Shown here: positions 1 to 12,923 of the stretch, one piece after another
Layout of the letters: the number at the start of each line of letters is the position of its first letter
How positions within the stretch are numbered: position 1 is the first letter of the stretch
Assembly (NCBI RefSeq): GCF_964355755.1
Contig: NC_092677.1
Coordinates: 16,080,101-16,144,100, forward strand
Direction of reading: 5' to 3'
DNA length: 64,000 bases
From: Antedon mediterranea
Taxonomy: Eukaryota; Animalia; Echinodermata
Translations under genes and position numbers: made by a program
The notes under the pieces: generated by a model
What the model was told of the DNA's origin: nothing
Seen by the model: only the letters and a program-made list of their open reading frames with translations
Database searches by the model: none

Positions 1-1530
1 ATCTTGTAGTAGTTTGGTAGAAACATGTGGTGCCACTAAGTGACACTATCTTGTAGTAGTTTGGTAGAAACATGTGGTGCCACTAAGTGACACTATCTTG
101 TAGTAGTTTGGTAGAAACATGTGGTGCCACTAAGTGACATTATCGTGTAGTAGTTTGGTAGAAAAATGTGGTGCCACTAAGTGACATTATCTTGTAGTAG
201 TTTGGTAGAAACATGTGGTGCCACTAAATGACACTATCTTGTAGTAGTTTGGTAGAAACATGTGATGCCACTAAGTGACACTATCTTGTAGTAGTTTGGT
301 AGAAACATGTGGTGCCACTAAATGACACTATCTTGTGGTAGTTTGGTAGAAACATGTGGTGCCACTTATAAGTGACACTATCTTGTAGTAGTTTGATAGA
401 AACATGTGGTGCCACTAAGTGACACTTATATATCTTGTAGTAGTTTGGTAGAAACATGTGGTGCCACTAAGTGACATTATCGTGTAGTAGTTTGATAGAA
501 ACATGTGGTGCCACTAAGTGACATTATCGTGTAGTAGTTTGATAGAAACATGTGGTGCCACTAAGTGACTCTATCTTGTAGTAGTTTGGTAGAAACATGT
601 GGTGCCACTAAGTGACATTATCGTGTAGTAGTTTGGTAGAACATGTGGTGCCACTAAGTGACATTATCGTGTAGTAGTTTGGTAGAAACATGTGGTGCCA
701 CTAAGTGACATTATCGTGTAGTAGTTTGATAGAAACATGTGGTGCCACTAAGTATGACACTATCTTGTAGTAGTTTGGTAGAAACATGTGGTGCCACTAA
801 GTGACATTATCGTGTAGTAGTTTGGTAGAAACATGTGGTGCCACTAAGTGACATTATTGTGTAGTAGTTTGATAGAAACATGTGATGCCACTAAGTGACA
901 CTATCTTGTAGTAGTTTGGTAGAAACATGTGGTGCCACTAAGTGACACTATCTTGTAGTAATTTGGTAGAAACATGTGGTGCCACTAAGTGACATTATTG
1001 TGTTGTAGTTTAGTAGAAACATGTGGTGACACTATCTTGTAGTAGTTTGATAGAAACATGTGGTGCCACTAAGTGACACTATCTTGTAGTAGTTGGGTAA
1101 AAACATGTGGTGCCACTAAGTGACACTATCTTGTATTAGTTTGGTAGAAACATGTGGTGCCACTAAGTGACATTATCGTGTAGTAGTTCGGTAGAAACAT
1201 ATGGTGCCACTAAGTGACACTATCTTGTAGTAGTTTGGTAGAAACATGTGGTGCCACTAAGTGACACTATCTTGTAGTAGTTTGGTAGAAACATGTGGTG
1301 CCACTAAGTGACATTATCGTGTAGTAGTTTGGTAGAACATGTGGTGCCACTAAGTGACATTATCGTGTAGTAGTTTGGTAGAAACATGTGGTGCCACTAA
1401 GTGACATTATTGTGTAGTAGTTTGGTAGAAACATGTGGTGCCACTAAATGACAATTTATATTGTAGTAGTTTGGTAGAAACATGTGGTGCCACTAAGTGA
1501 CATAATCGTGTAGTAGTTTGGTAGAAACAT
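1..1530. repeat. Tandem satellite/minisatellite, 47-bp unit, about 32 copies, truncated by the window start
   Basis: Unit ATCTTGTAGTAGTTTGGTAGAAACATGTGGTGCCACTAAGTGACACT repeats head-to-tail with few substitutions. Two recurrent variants occur (GACACTATCTTG vs GACATTATCGTG). The array ends abruptly at ...GTAGAAACAT (1530). Confidence 0.98.
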
Positions 1531-2591
1531 CAGCATAGTGGTTCATGAAAATGCAGAAGTAGAAAACACTATCAAAGACTTTTTTGTATTTACAATTTAT
1601 TTATCTGTGAAGATATAGCCTATTAAACTTGTGTTGTTTAATTAATACAAGCTTAAACTAATAAGTTGAAGCTAGAGATTGATGTCACATTGGGAAGACA
1701 CACAAGATCCATTGGATGCACATCTGATGTCTGTAGTTATGTTAGTCTCACCTTGTGGCAACATCTACAATCATATTATGTGAACCCCAGGGGACAAATT
1801 ATGGGTTAAAACCAACAGTTTATTTCTAGCTACACACTCTCGTCATAAAGCTTAATTAATTTGGAGTAGCCTAAACAGTGTATACAGTACATGTGTAATT
1901 TGTATTTTCTTCATGTCTCAATTTAAATAGTAATGATATTAATTAGTTAAATTACTACGACTACTACCTGAGTCGGCATAATGCGAAATGAATATTTTGG
2001 GTTTTTAAAAAACATGGGTGATACAGCATATTTGTATCTGACTTTTATGAAACATTTTTATGCTTCATAAAATATCATGATACTCTTTTTTTTTTATTGT
2101 ATTTTGATCTCTGTTTTTTGTTGGACTTTTATTGCTTTTTATATAACTATACATATTTCTTGTCATACTTTTATTGTGTTTTTTCATAAATAAATCTTTT
2201 CAATGTCAGTTTGTACCATCAGAACTATTTTTATTTGGATTAAAAAACAAGAAATATAAAAAATATCATTATAAGTAAAATTATAATGGAATACTAATAA
2301 TTAATGTACATTATTATTCTACCCAAACTAAGGACCTCTCTGTCCAAACCCAACCAACCCAAAATTTGAGAAATAAAATCAGATAAGGCAAGAGAGAAAA
2401 ACATTTAAAAACAATTCTGAAAGCTTTAAACATTCTTGAAATTGCATATTGCCCTCTATTTTTATTTTTGCCAAAATATGGCTTAGTTTAAAAAAAAATT
2501 CATATTACAGTACATCTATTGTAACACTATTGGTGAATCCAGGATTTGTAAAAATAGAGCCTAAACATTGTAAATCAAGTGCTGAACTTAA

Positions 2592-3011
2592 AATCCTATT
2601 CCCTATGTTTTTTAGATCTAATCTAAGGTCACAAACTACATTTATTGTAAAAATAAATACTTATCATCCTATTGAGATAACTTTTTTCGTCTTTAAATGG
2701 TTACAAATTTGAAAAAATAAGGCGATTCTAATAAATTTCAGGCTACTCCTATAGCTATAGCATACTATGTTCGTCCGTTACCAATGATTACCAGGGTGGC
2801 CTACAAAAAAAGCTAGCTAGGCTAGGTCTAAATACGGCCAACGAGCGGCCAGCGGCATAACCTGGGCTACTTAGTGCATTGTTTCTCTCTTTTTATTATA
2901 ATTTACCATAAAACGTACATTTAAGACCAGGAATAGCCTGGTTTTATGTTTTTAAAGTAATAAAATATGCATTATTTTTACATAACGTCACAAATTGTAG
3001 GGAATGGGTCT
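2592..3011 (-). mobile_element. Non-autonomous DNA transposon (Kolobok-like MITE), internally deleted and diverged copy
   Basis: Reverse-complement match to 4475-5099 over both halves. Ends are TTAA|AATCCTATTCCCT...AGGGAATGGGTCT|TGAA. It lacks about 200 bp present in the other copy. Confidence 0.8.
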
Positions 3012-3469
3012 TGAACATGTTATCTTTTGCTTTGCAGTCTCCAAATTTAGGGAATCCTGTATAGTACTTAAGGCACAATTGGCTATTAATAGGCAATGTT
3101 CTACCAAGGCAATCTAACAACAGGATGCTGACCTCTGGAGATCAAAGGGTTTATCTGTGGCTGCAATAATCAGTGCGGCGGTGTGCCACACCAGACACAG
3201 CTTATTGCAGAGAATATTTTCACAGAACCCAATCCCTGAAACTTAAATATGTTGTTATTTTGTTGTTTCTCGCCTACTCTGCATGGAGGCAGACGTACGC
3301 TCAAATTTGAGTTAGTGTTTACCGACTGACTGACATAGTGAGCTGTAGAGTTGCGTTTGCACACGACTAAAAATGTGGTCTGCCACCAGTAAGACAGATG
3401 AATATAAAAAGGTAAGAAAGATTCTAATTTATTCTAATTGCGTTGTTTGTATTTTTCTTAGCACATCCA

Positions 3470-3824
3470 GTGAATTGAATTGAATTGAAATTTATTGAAT
3501 TGAATTGAAAGTGAATTGAAATTTATATTTATACTGGGTAACCTCTTCAGTCAAAGATTGGTCTCCCAGAGGGCCAAGCTGGTGATCAGTGGCTGTGATG
3601 TACTAATACACCGGGGTAACCCCCTACTCATCTCGAAAGATGTACTAGGTTCTTTAAAGTGCACACGAGCTAGATGTGTACACTGGACCTATGGTTTATA
3701 GTCCTTATCCGAGAAGACTCGTTCTACCACCAGAACCATGGAGTGAGTGAGCCTCGAACCCCTGCCGATGTTATGACTACGTAATTACGGTTCCACTATC
3801 CACTACCCCTCAGCCACTCACTCG
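3470..3824 (-). mobile_element. tRNA-derived SINE with Deu/Nin-like central domain, copy 1
   Basis: Near-identical to 29229-29580. On the minus strand: tRNA-like head with B box GGTTCGAGGC, central TCGGATAAGGACTATAAACC..AGGTCC...AAAGAACC...GAGTAGGGGGTTACCCCGGTG resembling the Deu/Nin domain, and a (TTCAA)n tail at 3470-3521. Confidence 0.85.
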
Positions 3825-3837
3825 TAACAAAACCAGA

Positions 3838-4099
3838 GCATGAGCAGCCGAATGCAACAAGCCATCTTTTGAGGGCGTTTGGTGCCCGAGTTTGAATCCA
3901 ACTATCGCTGCCTTGTTTCCTTAGGCAAGATACTTACGTTTGCCTCCACCCAGGTGTTTAAATGGGTACTAGACTTAAACACGCCTTTTACCTGATTACT
4001 AGCTGCATTTTGAGAATAAAATGACCGGGGTAATAATTTGAAAAGCTTAGAAAAATTGTGCAATAAGCGTTATATAACTTGAACGAATATTATTATTAT
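3838..4099 (+). mobile_element. Degenerate CORE-type (MIR-like) SINE with L2-like tail
   Basis: B-box-like GAGTTTGAATCC, then CCTTAGGCAAGATACTTAC...TAAATGGGTA resembling the CORE domain. 3' end AAGCGTTATATAA...TATTATTATTAT is typical of L2-partnered SINEs. Confidence 0.55.
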
Positions 4100-4474
4100 C
4101 AACAAGATTGTTGTGTTTTTCAAGGTCATTTGTTTCTTCTGCAAGGTTAATTATGGCAAACAAATTTTTTTATGTCAAAAGTTTGTCTTCATAATCATTC
4201 AAACCCATAGTTTAAAACAATAAACCAACTTCTCTGTGGAATTAGACAAATGTATAATTTAATGTCAGGAGATATATAATGCAATAAACGTCATTACAGC
4301 ATCATTTATGAGTGTATAAAACAACAATTAGTAGATTTCAAGGTTATGTTCTAGTTATTCCTCTGGATTTTGTGCTTGTGCATGAAGCCTTTAAGCTATA
4401 AAACTTTCCAACAATTCCCAGTGTTTTAGTACAACTTTCCTGATCCTTGACAACGACAACACTCTATATTTTAA

Positions 4475-5099
4475 AGACCCCTTCCCTGCAATTTTGGACG
4501 TTTTTTGGAAAATAATACATATATATCACTTTAAAAACATTAAACCATGTCATTCCTTGTCTTAAATGTACGTTTTATGGTAAATTATGATAAAAAGTGA
4601 GAAACAATGCACTACCTAAGTAGCTCGCGGCGATCGACCTCTCGTGGACGGTCTTAGGCCTAGCCTAGCTAGGCTTAGTTTTGTAGGCCTAGCTGGTAAA
4701 CATCGATACGTACGAACATCGTACGCTAGCTATATACCTAGCCTGAAGTTGTATAGTTGCTGCATTAATTGTCTTTCTATTTTTGCCAGACTCCGTTGAT
4801 ACAAATTGGGGAAAACCCGGTATTTTCGCTGAAAAGTTAGGAGTCTTCCATTTGTTTTGGCTTCACGATCGATCGAAAAGTGGGCGAATTACAGGTGAAA
4901 AACAAAAATATCAATCCGCGCGCAATGCATTTTGGGATTTATAGCGGGCCGCTATAATTATTAGAATCGATTTATTTTTCACATTTTTAACCGTTTAAAG
5001 ACGAAAAAAGTTATCGCAATAGGACCATATAGTATTATTTTTACATTAAATATAGTTTGTGATCTTAAATTAGATCTTAAAAACGTAGGGAATGGGGCT
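4475..5099 (+). mobile_element. Non-autonomous DNA transposon (Kolobok-like MITE), 625 bp
   Basis: TTAA on both sides (4471-4474, 5100-5103). Imperfect TIRs AGACCCCTTCCCT / AGGGAATGGGGCT. AG...CT termini with a TTAA TSD fit Kolobok rather than piggyBac (CCY ends). Strand is arbitrary. Confidence 0.85.
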
Positions 5100-6730
5100 T
5101 TAATGATTTGTGTGGGCATTTTTAAAGTGCATACAAAAATATATTTACAGTATGCCTACTTCCTAAATAGAGCAAAAGTTGAAATAACAGTCACTACACA
5201 TACTGTACATAACAAGAAGAACTTAAATGACCGAACAAATGGAGAAATTAAATTTGACTGCAATAACGATAATACTGTATTATTATGTACGCATAATAGC
5301 CCTCTCCAAAGGAATAGTTTTATGAAAACTTGGCACTTATTTGTGGCTGTTTTACTTTTAGTGTTAAGATTTAGCTTTTTGTTTGTATCTCCATTGAAAA
5401 TTTGCCTTAGAAATTATTATGTATGTTTGATTTCAAAACATCTTGTTTTTATTCACAATGTAACATTTGCAACAACTGCAGATTATTTATGTATGTAATA
5501 TTGTAACAGTACACTAAGTACCCATCTCAGATGTGAATAGTGCCCTCTAAATCATGCAATATTCATGCAAGTTTAGTATTATATCTAAAACATTCATATT
5601 TCTAAAAATGCTCATAAAGGTTTTGTATTTAATTGTCCAGCAGTTATGGAAGCTTCTGAAGTTTATGTGTTTCTCTGCTGACACACTGAATAGCGATGAT
5701 GAAAAAGAATCTGTCAAATACCCCGCTGACAATTTAAAACTAGCTACAAAGAGGTATTGTCGCTTTACTAAAGCATCGCTTAATGGACACTAAGTCTCGT
5801 CGCAATTTGAGTGAACATTTTACTACATTCCCACGATGCCGGAATTCAGTGTTTTTTTCCAGAACGTATTATTTACGAGCTACTTCTTGCATCTTTGCCG
5901 TCCATGCAATGCTTTGGTGTGTACCTACCTTACTCCACAAGCTTTGTTCTCCATGAAGCCTGGCTTTGTATTGTGTTTATGATTTACTATCTATCCCAGA
6001 CATGCTTCAATTATTATGACAGTAAAGTACTATAAATAGAATCAAATTGGAAAGTTTTAAGGCTAGTAATAATTTGTTAATCATACTCCTTCTTTAATTG
6101 AGGTTCGTTTATCTACATTATGTGACATTTAGAAGTAGTTCAGAAAAAGTTGGATTTTTGTTATCTTTAAAACATACTGCACATTAACATTTGATTTCAC
6201 CAAATATACATCGTTTTTTTCGCTCTGTTAAAGTAATGTAGTATTTTTTATAGTAATAGACGGACTGCATATAATGCACTTACAATTCACACGTAGATGT
6301 TACACTTTTCAGTCATGCTCTTAGTCTTCTCCTGGCTCATGGATGTCATGTCTGTCTTTTAAAATCTGTCTAAAAATACTGAGTGTATTAATGATAATTT
6401 AAAGACAACCATTGTAATGTTCTTTTTTATATCTTGTTCTTATTTGCACAGCGCAAAGCTGAATTTCTCCAAATTTCACCACTGCTCGAAGATTTTAAAG
6501 TACAGATGTTCATTGTTTTGTTAACCATCCTCATTATTGAGAACATAGGGCTGTCATTGATTGATTTAATCAGCAATTTGTTTTCTTCAGTTTTTCATTT
6601 TTTATTCTCATTTTACTTTTAATCAGTTCTTCCTTATCTTAAAAGGTTTGTTTTTGCCTATTTTTAAACTTCAATTTGAATGTGACTCCTAGATGCTCAT
6701 ATAGTGTCATCTACCCAGTTTATTTCTAAA

Positions 6731-7277
6731 AGCCCATTTACACTAGAACGATATCGATGGACGATAAATATGCATTTTTTCTACATAAAACAATAGAAAT
6801 CTAGAAAGTTTTCATCCTAGAACTATAAGCATGTATGCTGCTTTTGCTATTATTTTCACATGTCCAATCATTATTAAGAGCAATAATATCGGTATGATAC
6901 AACGATTTTATTTTCTTATTGATTATGACATCATTGGATTGGATAAAAAAAATATTGTGTTTAACACAGCATAAATGTATGTTTATCTAATTATTGTTCC
7001 CTGTTATCGCTCGCTTAAAAAAATCTCCTTTCCATTCCGACTTTTTAACACTAAAAGGTATGGCCTAAGCACCTTTACTTCTGCTGCCTCTCGCTTATGG
7101 AATGACCTACCCGCCTCTATTCGATCTTGTTCATCTTCTACTACCGCCTTTAAATCTTGAAAACTCATATTTTTCTTTCAAATTGAGCTGTCATACCTTT
7201 GATCACTTACTGCTGGAATTGGCACATAAAAAATTCGTTTTATTATTATATTATTATTATTATAGTGTAAATGGACT
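6731..7277. mobile_element. PIF/Harbinger-like MITE interrupted by a LINE fragment
   Basis: 15-bp TIRs AGCCCATTTACACTA (6731-6745) / TAGTGTAAATGGACT (7263-7277) with one mismatch. TSD is not clean. Confidence 0.55.
7030..7263 (+). mobile_element. 5'-truncated L2/CR1-group LINE 3' end (ORF2 C-terminus remnant)
   Basis: Translates as TKRYGLSTFTSAASRLWNDLPASIRSCSS..AFKS then, after a frameshift, LKTHIF. This matches the G.R.F..AA..LWN.LP..IR...S...FK..LKT motif of L2/CR1 ORF2. Short 3' UTR and (TAT)n tail follow. Confidence 0.85.
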
Positions 7278-10200
7278 TTTTTATTCTTGTAGTGCTTCAT
7301 ACTCATAGCTATGCTTTTATATAGATAAATTTACCTGAATTTTGTTAATGAAAATAGATTTAAGAATTTGTAATGTTAGCATGCTAATAATCAATCGCTA
7401 GACACACGAGTGATGATAATTAGATTATATTAGTTAATGCATCGGTCTGTTTGATCCGTTAGGAAAATAAAGGTACATGATATGTAGTTTTTGTGTTAAT
7501 TAACAGTGGTCAGGCCAACCTACAGGTATTGTTTCTCATTTTTCAGACAAAAAAACAAAAATAATATACTGTATCTCATCTTTATAATAATACTAATAAC
7601 TCTAAAATATGATTCGATTGACTCCATACACAAATAAAAAGGATGATTGCTATTGGAATTATGTTCTGTATTAAGTATGAAAATAAATTTAAATTATAAT
7701 TAAGCTGACTGTAATGTCCCTGACATCTCCAAAGCCTAATGGTCACAAATGCACCTCATTAGCTTGTTACATAGTCAACGCCATTAACCTACCAACGAGT
7801 TAAGACCGCGAGAGTTGAACCGAGTGACATCAATTCTGAGCCTAGAAGCAAAGAGCGTAAGAGCATAATTGAATAACACACTCAAACTCCAACCAATTTT
7901 AATTTCTTACCAATTGGAAAATATTGAATTTCCATCCAGTTGTCATGAAATGCTAGCAAGGTTGTTGGCCTAGCCTCAGATCATATGTAAATTTCTTATT
8001 ACATCTATTTCATAACACTATTCAACTTTTTTTAATTCATTATTTCCATAGCCTTTGGCGATTCTTGTTCAATTTTCCAGACTTATACACCACGTAAAAG
8101 TTATTAAAAATCATTGTGTAAACATAAACCTGTATTGCATGATCTATTATTAAGTAATAATTAAGATCAATGATTAGAAAAAGTACATGTTACTGATATG
8201 GATAATAATCAGTGAAATATTTATGAATATAACCTGTAATTGCATAACCTGAAGGCTGAAGATCTATAAGATAAGTTTTCACTAGGGAAAGATCTACAAT
8301 GTAAACTATACACTGAAGTCGGAATGAATACCCTTATTGCATACCCCAGTGAAGGAAACTATCTACTGCATAATGTCTGTTATTTATAAACTTTTATTCA
8401 TGTAAAATATAACCCTAGGTACTACGTACAGTATACCGCCTTTGAAATGTAGATGAGGAGATAGAGTGTTTATTCAACCTGACAATGATCAGAAAAATGT
8501 GTGAAGTTAGTCGTTCTTGTTACAAGATTGTTATATAAATATTAACAATAAATAGAAATACTGTAACAAGAAATTTTTTCAGACAGGGTTCGTTTTTGGA
8601 ACATGATGTCATAATTGTATCGTGCATGCCTACTGGAACTCATCAACAACAATTTATATAACTGCTTTAGGGGGTAATATTTTTAGTAATCGACAGTACA
8701 GTAAATATATAAACTTTTTCACACATTTTATACATGTATGGGATGGCACAATCACTGGCTATTTAATCCTGAGTGTATATCATGTATCTGATTGTATAAT
8801 TATGTATCTTGTGCCATTCAGTATTAGTTCTAATACACTGTAAGTTCTATTTAATGGTATGGTTCTATTGCACGGTCAGGGTTTTGTAAATTTATTTATG
8901 CTAACATGTGGAATCTAAGACGGGTTAAAAAATTCAACTTGTCTATGAATGCTCTACTCCTCGGCCAAAATCCAAGCGCTGCTTTTTTCTAATGGCCTAC
9001 CTTTGAAATTCATTCATTCATTTTCTTTATTTCGTATAGTATTCATATATAAATTAATCATACAAAACAAAAAAAAGAGAAAACATTTCACCAGGAAATC
9101 AACAATAGTTAAACTTCCATGAAAACAACCTAACTATCAATTTGCACCAAAGCTGATGCAGGTTGGATTGTGGAAGTACGTTAACTATGATTTTAATTAT
9201 ACTATTACAACTGTCATGAATGCTGTTCTTAAAATTATGAATGGATTCCTCCAATATTTAATTGATTGACGATGGAAGTATCGGATTAATTGAATACAAG
9301 TTTTTACATTAAACAGATATTAGTTAAATGTTGAAAATATTCCCATGTGTTGAAAGCCTGATTAGTGCTTAATTAAACTTCACTAAAAAAATAGAACAAT
9401 CAATCTTTCATGAAATGTTCTCCCCTTTTCAATTGATGATATTATTATTAGTGTATGAAGAAAGTCTCTGGTAAGTTTCGAACCTATAACCTCTGACTGG
9501 AAAACCAAACTGATATGGATTCTAGTTAATCTTAGTTAAGATGTAGTAAAATAATATAAAAAAAAACCTTGTAAAGCAATACAACTACTTGGGTGGGTTA
9601 TGTTACATGGTAATGATGTGAATATAAAAAAGATAATTCAGGATCAGATTACTAAGAACTTAACCAGCAAATTGAATATCAATAAAAAAAAAAAAGCATC
9701 ATTTAATGAAGAAGAACAATAATTAAAACTGTTACGTCGAAAAGTCGAGCGACGTTTTTTGTAAGAAATATTTCTTGTTTTAGTCTGTGTATGCATGGAG
9801 GTAATGTATTTCTTTATGGTCTGCAGTTTCTGGCAATTTAAATATTAAATAGTATGCTGTTGCCTTATCGTGTTAGAAGAATTAATAAAACAAGTGGTAC
9901 TAAATTGTAAATAATTATGTGGTTGAACTTTTAAGGCTGGGTTTTTAATTTAGTTGATGCTACCTTATTTATTCAGTCTAGCCTACACCAAAAGAATAAG
10001 AAAATTGTATACATCAATGTTTCTGAAAGAGCATTGTTGTAATGTACTGTAACAAATAGATCGTAATCAGTGAAACTTGTTTAATCATAAAATGTCTGAC
10101 AAAACAAACCTGTTACAAGGGTTTTTTGATTAATTTCACATGTGCAATATAAAGTCCAGATTAGATAAGCAATCTCAATTGTAAAAGTAGATTTGATTTC

Positions 10201-12729
10201 AGATTGTCATAAAAAAGTATTTTGCTGTAATTATGGTATTTAAATTTGAATTATTCCTCCATAAACTTAGGACACTTTGTAATTGTCAGTATTGTAACCT
10301 AGTTTGAATATCAGATTCTGGAAAATGATAAAATAGATCAAAACGTTGAATTCTCAGCATAGTTTAAATATCTATATGAGAATGTTAATAGTTCCAACAT
10401 ATCTATCCTCAATATTTTTGAGATAAAAAATAATTATTTTTCATTTTATTCTACAGTATGTTTAAGGGCCCCTGAATATCAAATGGCTTTAATTTGTTCA
10501 GCTGGAAGGGTTAACCTCTATAAATAAAGTTTAAATAAAAAGAAATTATATTACAATATAATTATTAATCATATAATAATAATCAAATCACCTATTAAGA
10601 ATTCTGAACAGATTTAAAACAAGTTATGAAACACAAACAGTTTTTTTATGTATTTATGTGTATATATGTATGAGCGATTGCAAAATATGTATGGGATTTC
10701 TCCTATTTCCACTCCTCCATTACTAAATGTTTGTTAATGCCAAAACGAGATATCAACGTTTCAGTGAATAAAAAATTTAAACTTGGAAATCAGTAAATTT
10801 GTATTGAAAATGTATTTCAGTTAAAATATTTCTCCAGTGGTTAAAAGAAAGATACATTAGTTGATGACACAGGAAATGTAGCAAACCATCTATTAATGCT
10901 GATTAAATAATTAGCCCCTCCTACTAAATTAGGTAAATAAACTTGTTTTGATTTGAAAAGAAATAAAAAACATGTAAAGAAAGGTTGATTCATTTATTTA
11001 TTTTATTTTTATTATTTCTGCAAAATAATTTAACAGGGGTGTAGAGAAAAAGTAATGAGCTTTGTCATCTTAGGATTTATTTAAAGTTAAATAAATAAGG
11101 CAAACAGTATGCTTGCAAAACCTTATCAACCCAAAAAATACACCCAAACCTTGAGATTTTTATTTACTTTTTAACAAAAATGAACAAATTAGTGTTTAAT
11201 TCAATACCGGAATTTTTTTCTTGAGTAGATCACTGCTCTAAAGATTCAAATTATTTTGTCGTAGATAGAAAGCCGTCTATCGCCCATACAATATTTTACA
11301 GACTTGTATTGCTAAAGTAGATTTTCCAAAATCAAGAACCTTTTAAACATACTGAAAATGACTTAATACCGTATCATTTTGGGGCCTGTTACACCAAGAT
11401 AACCCTTTTGGCCTAATTTTAGTAATAAATAATAATAATAATAGTAATATTTAACTATACAAATACTGCATAACATATTACGGTAACTATAGCTAAACTT
11501 AATAAAGGCCTTTCTTTGCTTCCTTCCAGACCATTGTCAAAATCGGTATTAAAAAGAACAATTAAAATCTCTTTAATAGCAAATTGATGTGCAAGACAAA
11601 GGAAGTTGAATACAAAACACAACTAACAAGTGTTTATGGGATATTCATATTACAGTATTACATTAAATGACTCTGAAGGTCACTCCATTGTTCTAAGTAT
11701 AATAATAGCTATACCCAGGTGAGGACAATTATCAAAGAGTGTTAAGTTATGTTGCTGAAATCCAGGAAAAAATCCATAAAATCTGCTATGCCTCATTTCC
11801 TGTTTCCACCCCCTAAACAATAATGTAATCTTCCAACATGAATATTCATGATTTGGAATAGTTCATTTATTGTAAGATCTTTATTTTAATTTATATAATA
11901 AATTGTTATAGTTTCTAACGGTTAGATTGACATGAAGGGTCAATAATTGATTTAATTTTTAATTTATAAATCAAATTGATTATTATGTAAATAATTTTTG
12001 TTAATGAAGTTTAATAAAGTGCATTATGTTTGTATGTTTATTTTTTAAGCACCCCTACTGTAAAAATAAACAGTCCCAACTTTGCTGAGTGCTGTATTCC
12101 CATTACCAACTGCCTTAATACTGGCATTAGAGCTACAATAATGTGTGAGAGAGGCACTGGAATCACCCTAAAGACAGCCTGATGTAAAAGCTTACTTTAA
12201 TCCTCGTGAAATATATTATAAATTGGCAAAATGAAACTATTATCCATTGTTCCAGATCACATGAGGAATTTTTTTTTAGGATTTACTTTACTACTGATAT
12301 CTGGTAAGTGTAACAATATAAACAGATCATGGATATAGTCCATTTGAACTTTTAGGGACAGTTTAAAATTTCTGTATGTTATTAAATAAATATTAAATAT
12401 ATTCAAACATTCAGTAATTAAACATTAACATAAATATAAATTTAAAACCAAAACCATTAAACAGTGTATAGAAGACATGAATTGGTTATTTTTTACAGTC
12501 CTAGCTAGTGCAGTCATTTGAGTGCAGTATTAATTAGATTATTGCTAGCCCATTATGAACTTTTACTAATTTTAGGGACCGTTTAAATTTACTGTATGTT
12601 ATTAAATAAAACTTAATTAAATAACTATTTACTGTTAACAATCAGCATTATGTACAGCATGCTTTGTTGGTTGGTAGTGACATTTACAGTTACCCAAAAT
12701 AGTCCTGATGTTACAATACATGTACTGTA

Positions 12730-12923
12730 TTGTAATTGTTTGTAACTACTGTGGAGTAGCTTTGCGTCCGGGTGTTGAGTAATTGGTCAGATGTTTTGCC
12801 AGGCTAGTGATCTGGAGGTCGTGGGTTCGAGTCTCACCCGAAAATTATTTGCATATTTTTTAGCAAGTATTTAGTATGAAGTGCAAAATACGTCAGAGTA
12901 GCGCAAAACATCTGACCAATTAC
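12730..12923 (+). mobile_element. Dispersed tRNA-like (B-box) repeat with a 21-bp internal inverted repeat
   Basis: CTACTGTGGAGTAGCTTTGC...GCCAGGCTAGTGATCTGGAGGTCGTGGGTTCGAGTCTCAC. Related copies lie at 22906-22973 and 38645-38747 (reverse strand). Confidence 0.65.

Noticed and set aside
1-1530. CRISPR array
   Set aside because: Units are contiguous with no unique spacers, there are no cas genes, and the context is eukaryotic.
5322-5410. Signal-peptide-like MKTWHLFVAVLLLVL as Robo exon 1
   Set aside because: No phase-1 GT donor at a suitable position. Hydrophobic peptides arise by chance in T-rich DNA.
9005-9300. Minus-strand LINE 3' remnant with a (GAAT)n tail
   Set aside because: Only faint LPSS...FKN similarity; too degenerate to support.
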